64,000 nucleotides of DNA from an uncultured Algoriphagus sp. (GTDB taxonomy: Bacteria; Bacteroidota; Bacteroidia; Cytophagales; Cyclobacteriaceae), in assembly GCA_965651895.1 (NCBI GenBank), contig CBFGUY010000002.1, positions 2,411-66,410 on the forward strand, in the 5' to 3' direction. The notes under the pieces are model-generated. The model did no database searches, was not told the origin of the DNA, and worked only from the letters and a program-made list of their open reading frames with translations. The stretch's first letter is position 1; the number at the start of each line of letters is the position of its first letter. Shown piece by piece: positions 17,410-26,967 of this stretch. Made by a program: the position numbers and the translations under genes.

Positions 17410-20361
17410 TTGAGCATGAGTTCAAGCCTACCTAACCTTTTGCCTTTGCTTCAAGAACTTTCTACCCAGCTGGAAGGAACCCTGCAATTTGATACGCTTA
17501 CCAAAACCCTGTACGCCACTGATGCATCCGTATATAGGGAAATGCCTCTGGCAGTAGCTTTTCCAAAGTCCGAGTCTGATATCAGGAAACTGATACGTTT
17601 TGCGGCTAAAAACGGAACGTCGCTAATTCCCCGTACTGCGGGAACTTCACTTTCGGGACAGTGCGTAGGGAATGGAATAGTGGTCGATGTATCCAAGCAC
17701 TTTACAAAAATCCTGGAATTGAATGTGGCTGAGCGATGGGTACGTGTGCAGCCGGGCGTGGTGCGTGATGAACTCAATCGATACCTGAAGCCTCATGGGC
17801 TTTTCTTCAGTCCTATTACCTCCACTGCCAACCGGGCAATGATTGGCGGGATGGTGGGGAATAACTCTTCCGGTACCACCTCCATCGTCTATGGGGTCAC
17901 AAGAGACAAGGTGATTTCATTGGACACTATTTTGAGTGATGGAAATCCCGCTAAGTTTGAAGCGCTCACAAAAGATGAGTTTCAACAAAAAACGAAGCTG
18001 CAATCTCTTGAAGGAGCTATTTACAGGAAAGTATTAGAGGAATTAAGTGATCCGGAAGCTCGGGAAGAAATTCATGCCCAATTTCCAAAGAAGACAATTC
18101 ACCGGAGAAACACAGGCTATGCGGTGGATGAACTGCTGAAGGCTGAGATTTTTGAAGGACAGGAAAAATTTAATTTTTGTAAATTATTAAGCGGTTCGGA
18201 AGGGACTTTGGCCTTTACCACTGAAATCAAAATCAGCCTTGATCCACTTCCGGAGCCTATTGAAATCGTAGTGGCGGCACATTTTGAGACGATACATCAA
18301 AGTATGGTCTCTGCCCAGACTGCGATGAAGCATCCGGCTACTGCTGTGGAGCTGATGGACAAAATTATTCTGGATTGCACCAAAGAAAGTATAGAATACA
18401 GCAAGAACCGCTATTTCGTGGAGGGTGATCCCGAAGCGATTTTAATGGTAGAGTTTAGGGGGCAAACGCTCGATGAGGCCATGGCCAAAGGGGAAGCGTT
18501 GGTAGAAGACCTCAAAAGGACTGGCTTGGGATATGCGTATCCTATCATAGAGCCGGCAATGGTTTCCGCGGCGTGGGCTCTTCGTTCCGCTGGGCTGGGG
18601 TTGCTCGCCAATATTCCAGGCGATCCCAAGGCTGTTGCGTGTATCGAGGATACAGCGGTGGACATAGAGGACTTGGCTGATTACATCGACGAGGTAGATG
18701 AGATGATGAAGGGCTTTAATCAGAAGCCTGTCCATTATGCCCATGCAGGTGCCGGAGAAATACATTTACGGCCTATTTTGGATTTGAAAAAATCAAAGGA
18801 TGTGGAGGAGTTCTATCAGATCTCCAAAGCTTCTGCTGAGTTGGTGAAAAAGTACCAAGGCTCGCTGAGTGGTGAGCATGGAGATGGCAGAGTTCGGGCA
18901 GCTTTTATTCCGCTGATGGTGGGAGAGAAGAATTACGAGCTTTTTCGTAGAATCAAATTCTCTTGGGATCCCCAGAATATTTTCAACCCGGGCAAAATCG
19001 TGGATGCAGCTCCGATGAATAAATTTCTGCGCTACGAGCCGGATATGGAGACCCCAAGTCATGATACGTTGATTGATTTTTCTCATGTGGGCGGAATTCT
19101 CCGTCTGGCAGAAAAATGTAACGGATCAGGTGATTGCCGAAAGCTGCCTGGCTCCGGAGGCACGATGTGTCCAAGCTACATGGCCACCCGGAATGAAAAG
19201 GATACAACCCGGGGACGTGCCAATACGCTTCGGGAGTTTCTCACGATGGACAAGAAGGAAAATGCCTTTAACCATCCTGAGATCAAGGAAGCCATGGATT
19301 TGTGTCTTTCCTGCAAAGGCTGTACAGCGGAGTGTCCATCCAATGTGGACATGGCAAGTATGAAGGCCGAATTTCTGTATCAATATCAAAAGGCAAACGG
19401 TATTCCACTACGCTCAAGAGTATTCGCACATATCAATGAGCTGAATGAGTTGGGTTCTAAGACAGGCGGATTGGCGAATTTTATGCTTAGCAACAGCATT
19501 ACGGGCGGAATGATGAAGTCTGTTTTGGGAGTAGCCCCTCAGCGGAATTTGCCCGCCATCAGTAAAGTAAGCTTGAGAAAATGGTATAAAAAGAACTATG
19601 CTGCTCTTCCAAGTGCGCCGAAGCAGATTAAGTCAGTTTACTTCTTTATCGATGAATTCACCAACCATAACGATACTGAGATTGGGATCAAGGCTATATC
19701 ACTGCTTAAGAAATTAGGCTACGAAGTAAGAGTCGTGGATCATGAGGAAAGCGGTCGGTCAGCTCTTTCCAAGGGACTATTGCCAAAAGCCAAGAAACAT
19801 GCTGAAGCGAACGTTGAGATCTTTGATAAGCTAATTGACGGGAATACGCCATTGATCGGTCTCGAGCCTTCTGCTATTTTGAGTTTTCGTGATGAATACC
19901 CAAGAATAGTAAAGAAGGAATTGGCAGAGGCGGCTAAAAAGCTGAAATTCCATGTGAAGCTGATTGATGAGTTTTTGGCCCAGGAAATAGCCGCCGGAAA
20001 TATCAAGGCTGATTCCTTTACTTCCAAAACCCAGAAGATCAAACTCCATGGACATTGTCATCAGAAGGCGCTTTCGTCTATGACTTGGACACAAAAACTA
20101 TTGTCTTTACCTGCAAATTATAGTGTGGAAACTATTCCAAGTGGGTGCTGTGGGATGGCCGGTAGCTTTGGTTATGAAGCCGAGCATTATGAGGTTTCCC
20201 AGCAAGTGGGAGAATTGGTCTTGTTTCCAGCAGTTAGAAAGGCTGATGAAGAAACAATAATTGCTGCACCCGGAACATCGTGTCGTCATCAGATTGCGGA
20301 TGGTACAGGCAGAAAAGCCAAGCATCCGGTGGAGATTTTGTGGGAGGCACTAAACCTTTGA
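17410..20361 (+). CDS. FAD-binding/Fe-S oxidoreductase (YdiJ/GlcD-GlcF-like 2-hydroxyacid dehydrogenase)
   Basis: FAD_binding_4 (PRTAGTSLSGQC, GGMVGNNSSG), GEHGDG, ferredoxin CxxCxxC motifs (CNGSGDC, CLSCKGC), CCG domain (HGHCH, GCCGMAG). Confidence 0.9.
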   Translation: MSMSSSLPNLLPLLQELSTQLEGTLQFDTLTKTLYATDASVYREMPLAVAFPKSESDIRKLIRFAAKNGTSLIPRTAGTSLSGQCVGNGIVVDVSKHFTKILELNVAERWVRVQPGVVRDELNRYLKPHGLFFSPITSTANRAMIGGMVGNNSSGTTSIVYGVTRDKVISLDTILSDGNPAKFEALTKDEFQQKTKLQSLEGAIYRKVLEELSDPEAREEIHAQFPKKTIHRRNTGYAVDELLKAEIFEGQEKFNFCKLLSGSEGTLAFTTEIKISLDPLPEPIEIVVAAHFETIHQSMVSAQTAMKHPATAVELMDKIILDCTKESIEYSKNRYFVEGDPEAILMVEFRGQTLDEAMAKGEALVEDLKRTGLGYAYPIIEPAMVSAAWALRSAGLGLLANIPGDPKAVACIEDTAVDIEDLADYIDEVDEMMKGFNQKPVHYAHAGAGEIHLRPILDLKKSKDVEEFYQISKASAELVKKYQGSLSGEHGDGRVRAAFIPLMVGEKNYELFRRIKFSWDPQNIFNPGKIVDAAPMNKFLRYEPDMETPSHDTLIDFSHVGGILRLAEKCNGSGDCRKLPGSGGTMCPSYMATRNEKDTTRGRANTLREFLTMDKKENAFNHPEIKEAMDLCLSCKGCTAECPSNVDMASMKAEFLYQYQKANGIPLRSRVFAHINELNELGSKTGGLANFMLSNSITGGMMKSVLGVAPQRNLPAISKVSLRKWYKKNYAALPSAPKQIKSVYFFIDEFTNHNDTEIGIKAISLLKKLGYEVRVVDHEESGRSALSKGLLPKAKKHAEANVEIFDKLIDGNTPLIGLEPSAILSFRDEYPRIVKKELAEAAKKLKFHVKLIDEFLAQEIAAGNIKADSFTSKTQKIKLHGHCHQKALSSMTWTQKLLSLPANYSVETIPSGCCGMAGSFGYEAEHYEVSQQVGELVLFPAVRKADEETIIAAPGTSCRHQIADGTGRKAKHPVEILWEALNL

Positions 20362-20384
20362 GGTCTTTAAGACTTCGAAGGTTT
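20352..20384. repeat. 33-bp REP-like palindrome over the oxidoreductase stop codon; probable bidirectional terminator
   Basis: AAACCTTTGAGGTCTTTAAGACTTCGAAGGTTT is self-complementary over 16 pairs (two G-T) around one central base. Confidence 0.7.
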
Positions 20385-20408
20385 GTCAAAACGAAGCTAT
20401 AGATTTAA

Positions 20409-21599
20409 TTAATTTTTGGTATTCACCCTATATTTAATCAAAATAGGGTCTTCAAAGTCCCGCAGTTCTCCTAGAATTTTCTCTAGTTTCTCTCCATATT
20501 TTCCAAATTGACCTTTTTCCAACGCATATATCCAATCCTCTGTACTTAAAATGTCATAGAAGTAGCCGTCCTTTGCAAAACCTTTTCCATTGGACCAGCC
20601 GGCAAGAGAGGGAAAAGCAATTGCTTTTTTTTCTTCATGATCTATAAAAACTTCATGAACCGGAAATGTGCGCATATTGGAAAGGTCCATGTCTGGGTTT
20701 TTGGCTAGGGCAAAGGTTTTGAGCCGGGAGGTGTTTTGGGTATGCCAGATTTGGCCAATGTTGATCGCAAAGGTCTGATTGGTAACAGTAGCCTCGAATC
20801 TATCTGCATCCATTTTCAGATCCTCAGGACTTGGTTTTCTTTCTCCGAAATCCAAGCTGGCGAAAGGCGTGGTCTTTTCATTTTCGAAGAGGTATATAGT
20901 GTCTGAGAAAGCATAGTTGAGTAGGAAAGAATTTTCTTTTATCCTCAAAAACTCTCCTTCACTCATTTCAGCAGTTAAAGGTGTGGCAGTAAGAGGCAAT
21001 TCAGTAATTTCTCCTGTGGAGCTGTTCTGAATCTTAAAGATGCCATACCTACCATTTTCATCCAGATTACCATCAAACATGGGGGAGGTCAGCCACTTGT
21101 TTTTTGATATTTTAGTGAAGTTAGGGATGAAAACAGCATTTTTATTTAAGGAGACGGTTCCTATAAATTCAAATTCCGGGAAACTGTATTGCTTAATAAC
21201 TCCTGCTCCAACGGAAATACTAAGCGTATCTTTATTTAAATCCACGCCTTGAACAACCTGATATTCTTCAGGGCCATCCCCGGATCTGTCAAACGTTTTG
21301 ACGTGATTTCCATTTAGGTCAAAAAGATGGGTTTTAGCTACTGGATTGCAAATAGTAGAATAGACAAAATATTCCTCCGTGACTTTTAGATCCCAGACGC
21401 TGCAGTTAAGGTTTTCTGGAGAATCCATTTGATTTCTCAGAGGTATAAATTCGATAGATTCTATCGCTTTATCAAAATCAACTATAACACGTTCAGTGAT
21501 TTTAACGGTCGGAAAGGCTGTGTCCTCCTCACTTGAAGAGCAACTGAACATACAAATGGAGGATAGGAAAAGAATGGAAGTCCAATTTTTTAAATCCAT
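20409..21599 (-). CDS. Six-bladed beta-propeller lipoprotein (DUF4934/DUF5128-like)
   Basis: Lipobox FSC followed by acidic SSSEED; FDRSGDGPEEY motif. ATG at 21599 preferred, 21614 possible. Confidence 0.7.
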   Translation of the reverse strand: MDLKNWTSILFLSSICMFSCSSSEEDTAFPTVKITERVIVDFDKAIESIEFIPLRNQMDSPENLNCSVWDLKVTEEYFVYSTICNPVAKTHLFDLNGNHVKTFDRSGDGPEEYQVVQGVDLNKDTLSISVGAGVIKQYSFPEFEFIGTVSLNKNAVFIPNFTKISKNKWLTSPMFDGNLDENGRYGIFKIQNSSTGEITELPLTATPLTAEMSEGEFLRIKENSFLLNYAFSDTIYLFENEKTTPFASLDFGERKPSPEDLKMDADRFEATVTNQTFAINIGQIWHTQNTSRLKTFALAKNPDMDLSNMRTFPVHEVFIDHEEKKAIAFPSLAGWSNGKGFAKDGYFYDILSTEDWIYALEKGQFGKYGEKLEKILGELRDFEDPILIKYRVNTKN

Positions 21600-21629
21600 G
21601 ATGCAGTTTTTCAATAATTGAGATTTTGA

Positions 21630-22595
21630 TTACTCCGTCTTCCCTAAAACTTTCCTTACCACATATTCAGCACATCTTGCAGCCAGCCTGGCTGTAGCAT
21701 GGTCGTGATCGAAGGCAGGGTTAAGCTCTACTACATCCATAGAAATAAGCTTTTTGCTGGAAGCAAGCAGTTCAAATACCTTAAATGCAAATTCTGGTCT
21801 GAAACCCATCGGGGAAGGGGCAGAAACTCCCGGGGCGAATGCAGAGGAAAAACCATCCATATCCACACTGAGGTATATTTTATCCACTGAATCCAAAAAC
21901 CAGAGGATTTTTTCCTGGATCACTTCCCAGTTGTTTAACCTGAAATCTTCCATGACCATCCATTTTGCACCGATTTTATCTGCAGTCTCAAAAAGGGATT
22001 TAGGATTGACAGATCGCTGAACACCCAAGCATAAATATTGGAAAGTATCCGGATTTTCCTCGGCAAGTTGAAGGAATGGAGATCCTGAATGCCCTTTCCC
22101 ATCTATAGTCGGGCGCAAATCAAAATGTGCGTCCATATTGATGATGCCCAGTTTTTGGTTTTTAGCATCTAAATACTGATAGACACCTCTTCCATGGGCA
22201 AGTGCCAGATCATGTCCGCCTCCTAGTAGGATGGGGAAATGTTTGGTTTGTAATAAATTCAAAACTGTCGTGGAAATCAGGTCATGGCTAGCTTCCAGGT
22301 TAGAATTTTCCGTATAAATATCTCCATAATCAAAAATTTTACTCTTTTCTGGTAAATGAAAAGCCAGCGTTCCCAGGCTTTTCCGGATTGCATTTGGCCC
22401 TTCTGCAGTTCCCAATCTTCCTTGATTTCTTTTTACTCCCTCTTCCCCGGCATAGCCAAGAATACCTACTTTAGGAGAGTCTTGATTGTTGTCCAGCTTG
22501 AGGTCTTTAACGGATATCGCAGCTTGGTGCCAGTATTCTATTGTTTCCGATTTCCTGCCTGTCCATAGGGAAGGGTTTGGATTTTGATGAAGCAT
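21630..22595 (-). CDS. hutG: Formimidoylglutamase (arginase family)
   Basis: GVKRNQGRLG, GGGHD, DAHFD, DMDG motifs; hut gene context. Confidence 0.92.
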   Translation of the reverse strand: MLHQNPNPSLWTGRKSETIEYWHQAAISVKDLKLDNNQDSPKVGILGYAGEEGVKRNQGRLGTAEGPNAIRKSLGTLAFHLPEKSKIFDYGDIYTENSNLEASHDLISTTVLNLLQTKHFPILLGGGHDLALAHGRGVYQYLDAKNQKLGIINMDAHFDLRPTIDGKGHSGSPFLQLAEENPDTFQYLCLGVQRSVNPKSLFETADKIGAKWMVMEDFRLNNWEVIQEKILWFLDSVDKIYLSVDMDGFSSAFAPGVSAPSPMGFRPEFAFKVFELLASSKKLISMDVVELNPAFDHDHATARLAARCAEYVVRKVLGKTE

Positions 22596-22715
22596 ATTGA
22601 GTTTTGGAATATTTTGTGCTAACTTAAAAATTGCGCTTTGATAGTATAGATATCAGAAACAATGTATTCTGTTTTTGGGTAATATTCAAAAGATCCCAAT
22701 CAAAACCTTACCAAG

Positions 22716-23336
22716 TTGGCAATGAAAGAATATAGAATTCCACAAAAAGAAACTATTAATCTGGATTCTTTTGAGGAGCCAAGTGGTTCCTTTGCAGGGT
22801 ATTCCTATGCTGACTATCTCAAATGGGACTTCGAAGAAATCGTCGAATTGATCAAAGGGAAAATATTTGCCAAAGCCGCTGCTCCGAACCGCAGACATCA
22901 GGAGGTTTCCGGTAATTTATTTGTTACACTTGCCAATTTTCTTAAAAATCACCCCTGTAAAGTCTATTCTGCACCGTTTGATGTCAGGTTTTCTGAAAAT
23001 CCTAAAGATGAAAAAGTGAAGTCCGTAGTCCAACCGGACATATCTGTAATTTGTGATCCTTCCAACCTGGATGATAAGGGATGCTTGGGAGCTCCGGATT
23101 TGATCGTTGAAATTCTTTCGCCGGGAAATAGCCGGGTGGAACTTCAGAATAAGTATGAGCTGTATCAGGAATTTGGAGTGAGGGAATACTGGGTAATTCA
23201 TCCGTCTGAATGCACAGTATTGATTTATACGTTAGTAGACGGTAAATTTCAGCCCTCCCGGCTTTTTACTTCTGGAGACAAAATAACATCAAGCGTTCTT
23301 CCTGGTTTTGAATTGGATCTGGAAGAGGTTTTATGA
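22716..23336 (+). CDS. Uma2 (DUF820) family putative endonuclease
   Basis: YSAPFDV, VQPDISVIC, APDLIVEILSPGN, K..LYQEFGVREYWVI. Confidence 0.9.
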   Translation: MAMKEYRIPQKETINLDSFEEPSGSFAGYSYADYLKWDFEEIVELIKGKIFAKAAAPNRRHQEVSGNLFVTLANFLKNHPCKVYSAPFDVRFSENPKDEKVKSVVQPDISVICDPSNLDDKGCLGAPDLIVEILSPGNSRVELQNKYELYQEFGVREYWVIHPSECTVLIYTLVDGKFQPSRLFTSGDKITSSVLPGFELDLEEVL

Positions 23337-23398
23337 GCTGTTTTTTGCGTAAACCGCAGTAGACACAGAGATTTACGCGGAGGACACAGTTTACAGAT

Positions 23399-23422
23399 AT
23401 CCTGCTTCTCCAGAAGCAGGAT
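23399..23422. terminator. Hairpin between the convergent Uma2 gene and hutU
   Basis: ATCCTGCTTC-TCCA-GAAGCAGGAT perfect 10-bp stem. Confidence 0.65.
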
Positions 23423-23488
23423 TAGTTATTGCGTGTTGTCCAGATTTCCTTTCTTCCTTACTTTTTTAATTCCCGCTTTTGGAATTTG

Positions 23489-25492
23489 TCACCCTAAAAC
23501 AGATTTTAGAATTTCATCATTCACCAGATTTGGCAAAGTGACTTTCAATCCCGGACTGCGATCCATTTCCCGTTGAATGGCTTCCAAAGAACCTGAGTTT
23601 CTGGCCCAGGCACGCCTGGCAATCCCATTGTTTACATCATAGAATAGCATGGATTTCAGTTTTCTTTCTGCTTCCGCACTTCCGTCAAGCAGCATCCCGA
23701 AACCGCCATTCATCACCTCTCCCCAGCCAACTCCGCCTCCATTGTGAATAGAAACCCAAGTAGCTCCTCGGAAGCTATCTCCGATCACATTGTGGATTGC
23801 CATATCTGCTGTGAATTTGCTGCCGTCGTAGATATTGCTCGTTTCACGGAAAGGTGAATCTGTACCACTGACATCATGATGATCGCGCCCAAGTACAATG
23901 GGAGCGGAGATTTCCCCTGATGCAATGGCCTCATTAAAAGCTTGGGCAATCTTAGCCCGGCCTTCCGCATCGGCATAAAGAATGCGGGCTTGGGAGCCGA
24001 CTACCAGCTGGTTCTTTTCTGCTTCTTCGATCCAGGTGATATTATCCTGCATTTGTTGCTGAATGGAAGCGGGCGATTGCTGCATGATTTCCTTCAAGAC
24101 TTGGGCAGCTAGCTGATCGGATTTCTTCAAATCCTCAGCTTTTCCGGAAGTGCACACCCATCGGAAAGGCCCAAATCCAAAGTCAAAGCACATTGGGCCC
24201 AAAATATCCTGCACATAGGACGCATACTTGAAATCAACTCCGTTTTCCGCCATTACTTCAGCACCTGCCCGCGATGCTTCCAGTAAAAAGGCATTGCCAT
24301 AATCGAAAAAGTATGTTCCTTTTGCAGCATGTTTATTAATCGAGGCGGCATGTCTCCTCAGCGTCTCCTGAACTTTTTCTTTGAATACTTCAGGATCGTC
24401 AGCCATCAGCAGATTTGACTCTTCGAAAGAAAGCCCAACAGGATAATAACCTCCAGCCCAAGGATTGTGAAGTGAGGTCTGATCGGAGCCAAGTTCTATG
24501 AATATATCTTCTTCATCGAATCTCTCCCAGACATCAACCACATTGCCGATGAAGGCCAGAGAAACCACTTCCTTATTGCGTTTGGCAAGCTGGGTTCGTA
24601 GAACCAACTCATCTAGGTTTTCAATCAATTCATCCACCCAGCCCTGTTCATGTCTTTTTCTGGCTGCGGCAGGATTTACTTCTGCACAGATAGTGATACA
24701 GCCTGCGATATTTCCGGCCTTAGGCTGCGCCCCACTCATTCCCCCCAAACCTGCTGTCAAAAATATTTTTCCTGCGGGAGTTTCTCCTGCTTCCACTTTT
24801 TTTCTAAAAGCATTCATCACCGTAATCGTAGTCCCATGCACGATTCCTTGCGGGCCGATGTACATAAATGAACCTGCCGTCATTTGGCCATATTGCGTCA
24901 CTCCAAGTGCATTGAATTTCTCCCAATCATCAGGCTTGGAGTAATTTGGTATCATCATTCCGTTGGTCACCACTACTCGGGGAGCTTCAGGAGAAGAAGG
25001 GAAAAGCCCCATAGGATGACCGGAATAGAGGTGGAGTGTCTGCTCATCTGTCATTTCAGACAGGTATTTCATCACCAAAAGGTACTGCGCCCAGTTTTGG
25101 AAAACAGCTCCATTGCCCCCGTAAGTAATCAGCTCCTCGGGATGCTGGGCTACAGCAGGATCCAAATTGTTTTGAATCATCAGCATGATGGCCGCCGCTT
25201 GCCTACACCTTGCCGGATATTTTTGTATCGGCCGAGCATACATTTCATACTCAGGCATGAACCGATACATGTAGATTCTCCCGAATTCCTTCAGTTCCGT
25301 TAAAAACTCATTAGCCAACTCCGCATGCCAATCTTGTGGGAAATAGCGTAAGGCGTTCCGTAATGCAAGTTTTTTTTCTTCTGAGGAAAGAATGTCTTTT
25401 CTCTTGGGAGCGTGGCTAAGGGAAGGATTTCTCTCTTTTTTTGCCGGAAGAATATTAGGAATGCCTTGGGATATTTGCTCTTGAAAAACCAT
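23489..25492 (-). CDS. hutU: Urocanate hydratase (long type)
   Basis: ELITYGGNG, YGQMTAGSFMYIGPQGIVHGT, GLGGMSGAQP, GRDHHDVSGTDSPFRETSN. Confidence 0.95.
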   Translation of the reverse strand: MVFQEQISQGIPNILPAKKERNPSLSHAPKRKDILSSEEKKLALRNALRYFPQDWHAELANEFLTELKEFGRIYMYRFMPEYEMYARPIQKYPARCRQAAAIMLMIQNNLDPAVAQHPEELITYGGNGAVFQNWAQYLLVMKYLSEMTDEQTLHLYSGHPMGLFPSSPEAPRVVVTNGMMIPNYSKPDDWEKFNALGVTQYGQMTAGSFMYIGPQGIVHGTTITVMNAFRKKVEAGETPAGKIFLTAGLGGMSGAQPKAGNIAGCITICAEVNPAAARKRHEQGWVDELIENLDELVLRTQLAKRNKEVVSLAFIGNVVDVWERFDEEDIFIELGSDQTSLHNPWAGGYYPVGLSFEESNLLMADDPEVFKEKVQETLRRHAASINKHAAKGTYFFDYGNAFLLEASRAGAEVMAENGVDFKYASYVQDILGPMCFDFGFGPFRWVCTSGKAEDLKKSDQLAAQVLKEIMQQSPASIQQQMQDNITWIEEAEKNQLVVGSQARILYADAEGRAKIAQAFNEAIASGEISAPIVLGRDHHDVSGTDSPFRETSNIYDGSKFTADMAIHNVIGDSFRGATWVSIHNGGGVGWGEVMNGGFGMLLDGSAEAERKLKSMLFYDVNNGIARRAWARNSGSLEAIQREMDRSPGLKVTLPNLVNDEILKSVLG

Positions 25493-25493
25493 T

Positions 25494-25540
25494 GTATTTA
25501 CGATTTTTAGAATTACGATTTACGAGGTCTTTTGTACCTC
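25494..25540. repeat. Heptamer repeats A(A/T)TTACG plus a small hairpin between hutI and hutU
   Basis: ATTTACG ATTTTTAG AATTACG ATTTACG, then GAGGT-cttttgt-ACCTC. Confidence 0.5.
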
Positions 25541-25558
25541 ATTTATTCCTGGTACTAC

Positions 25559-26800
25559 TTACTGATTACCACTTACTAATTCGCCCTGCTTCCATACTTT
25601 TGATGGCTTCAATTTCCCTTGTTGGTAAAGAATTTCTCTATAATCAGCGGTGGGGAAAAGATTAAAATCAGCCAGAAGTCCAGTTTTTAACTTCCCCCGA
25701 TCTTCCAATCCCAAAGCTGCTGCCGCACGAAATGTAAGCCCGGAGAATACTTCGATGGTACTTAGTTTTTCGAAAGTGGCCAAAATAGAAGCTTGTGCCA
25801 GCAAGTCTCCCATAGGAGCGGAGCCGGGGTTCCAATCACTCGCAATGGCCAAGGATCCACCCTGATCAAGGATTTTTCTCGCTGGAGTGAATGCACAGCC
25901 CAATCCAATAGAAGCGCCTGGAAGTGCAACGGCTACTGTATCAGACTTTGCCAAAAGGGCTATTTCTTTCTCAGTGGAAGCTTCCAGATGATCAGCCGAT
26001 TTGGCACCGAATTTTACCGCCACTTCAGATCCTCCTGTGGTGAATTGATCGGCATGAACGGTGAGGTCAAAGCCTGATTCTTTAGCTTTTTGGTAATAGC
26101 CGCTAATCTCATCAGGAGAAAAAGCGCTTTGCTCAATAAATGAATCGATTCTATTGGTGAGATTCTCTGATTTAAGGATAGGGAATAGATGCTCTACTAT
26201 TTCCTGAAGATATTCTTCTTTTGAACCCTCAAAATCCCTTGGCTTCATATGGGCTGCAAGGCATGTTGATATCAGATCAGCTCCGGTATGAGAGTTCGCA
26301 TTTTTTATCGCCCGAAGCATTTTTAGTTCTTCGGCGACAGTTAATCCGTAGCCGCTTTTTACCTCAATGGTAGTTACTCCTTCACTCAAGTGTCGATTGG
26401 AATTTGTGATTGTCCTCGCGGTAAGTTCTTCTTGACTGAGATTTCTGGTTTGGGTGACAGTGTCCCAAATTCCGCCGCCTGCTTCTGCGATTTCCAAATA
26501 GGATTTTCCCGCATTCCGCATTGCAAAATCTTTAGCCCTGCTTCCTCCAAAACAAATATGCGTATGACAATCGATCCATCCCGGCAGCGCAACAAAATCT
26601 CCTTCCAATTGAATTACTTCCGTACGTAGTTTATCAGCTTTTGCCAATAAACCGGCGTAATCGCCAATCTCCAGAATCTTATCTTCCCCGACCAGAATTC
26701 CTGCATCTGTCAGAATTTCGAGTTGCTCGTCTTTCAAAGCTCCTTTCAACGGAAGACTATCAAGCGTGAGTAGCTGGGTAATTGGGCCGATTAGTTTCAT
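25559..26800 (-). CDS. hutI: Imidazolonepropionase
   Basis: PGWIDCHTH, EVKSGYGL, HADQF, ADHLE, SDWNPGS. Confidence 0.95.
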   Translation of the reverse strand: MKLIGPITQLLTLDSLPLKGALKDEQLEILTDAGILVGEDKILEIGDYAGLLAKADKLRTEVIQLEGDFVALPGWIDCHTHICFGGSRAKDFAMRNAGKSYLEIAEAGGGIWDTVTQTRNLSQEELTARTITNSNRHLSEGVTTIEVKSGYGLTVAEELKMLRAIKNANSHTGADLISTCLAAHMKPRDFEGSKEEYLQEIVEHLFPILKSENLTNRIDSFIEQSAFSPDEISGYYQKAKESGFDLTVHADQFTTGGSEVAVKFGAKSADHLEASTEKEIALLAKSDTVAVALPGASIGLGCAFTPARKILDQGGSLAIASDWNPGSAPMGDLLAQASILATFEKLSTIEVFSGLTFRAAAALGLEDRGKLKTGLLADFNLFPTADYREILYQQGKLKPSKVWKQGELVSGNQ

Positions 26801-26831
26801 GTTTTTATTTGTGATTTTTCTCCGGTTTTCC

Positions 26832-26967
26832 CGCTGATTTTCGCTGATTCATTTCGCAGATGTTCGCAGATTTTTCTTTGAGCAGAATTTAGCGGATGAT
26901 CTGCGCCTATCTGCGACTTTTTCTGCGGAAATCCGCAGGTAATTTTACTTATCCGCAGGTAATTTTA
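26832..26967. repeat. CGC(A/T)GAT / ATCTGCG ~10-bp-period inverted repeat array plus a 17-bp tandem duplication at the hutH stop
   Basis: CGCWGAT at 26832, 26842, 26855, 26865; ATCTGCG at 26899, 26909; ATCCGCAGGTAATTTTA at 26931-26947 and 26951-26967. Confidence 0.75.
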
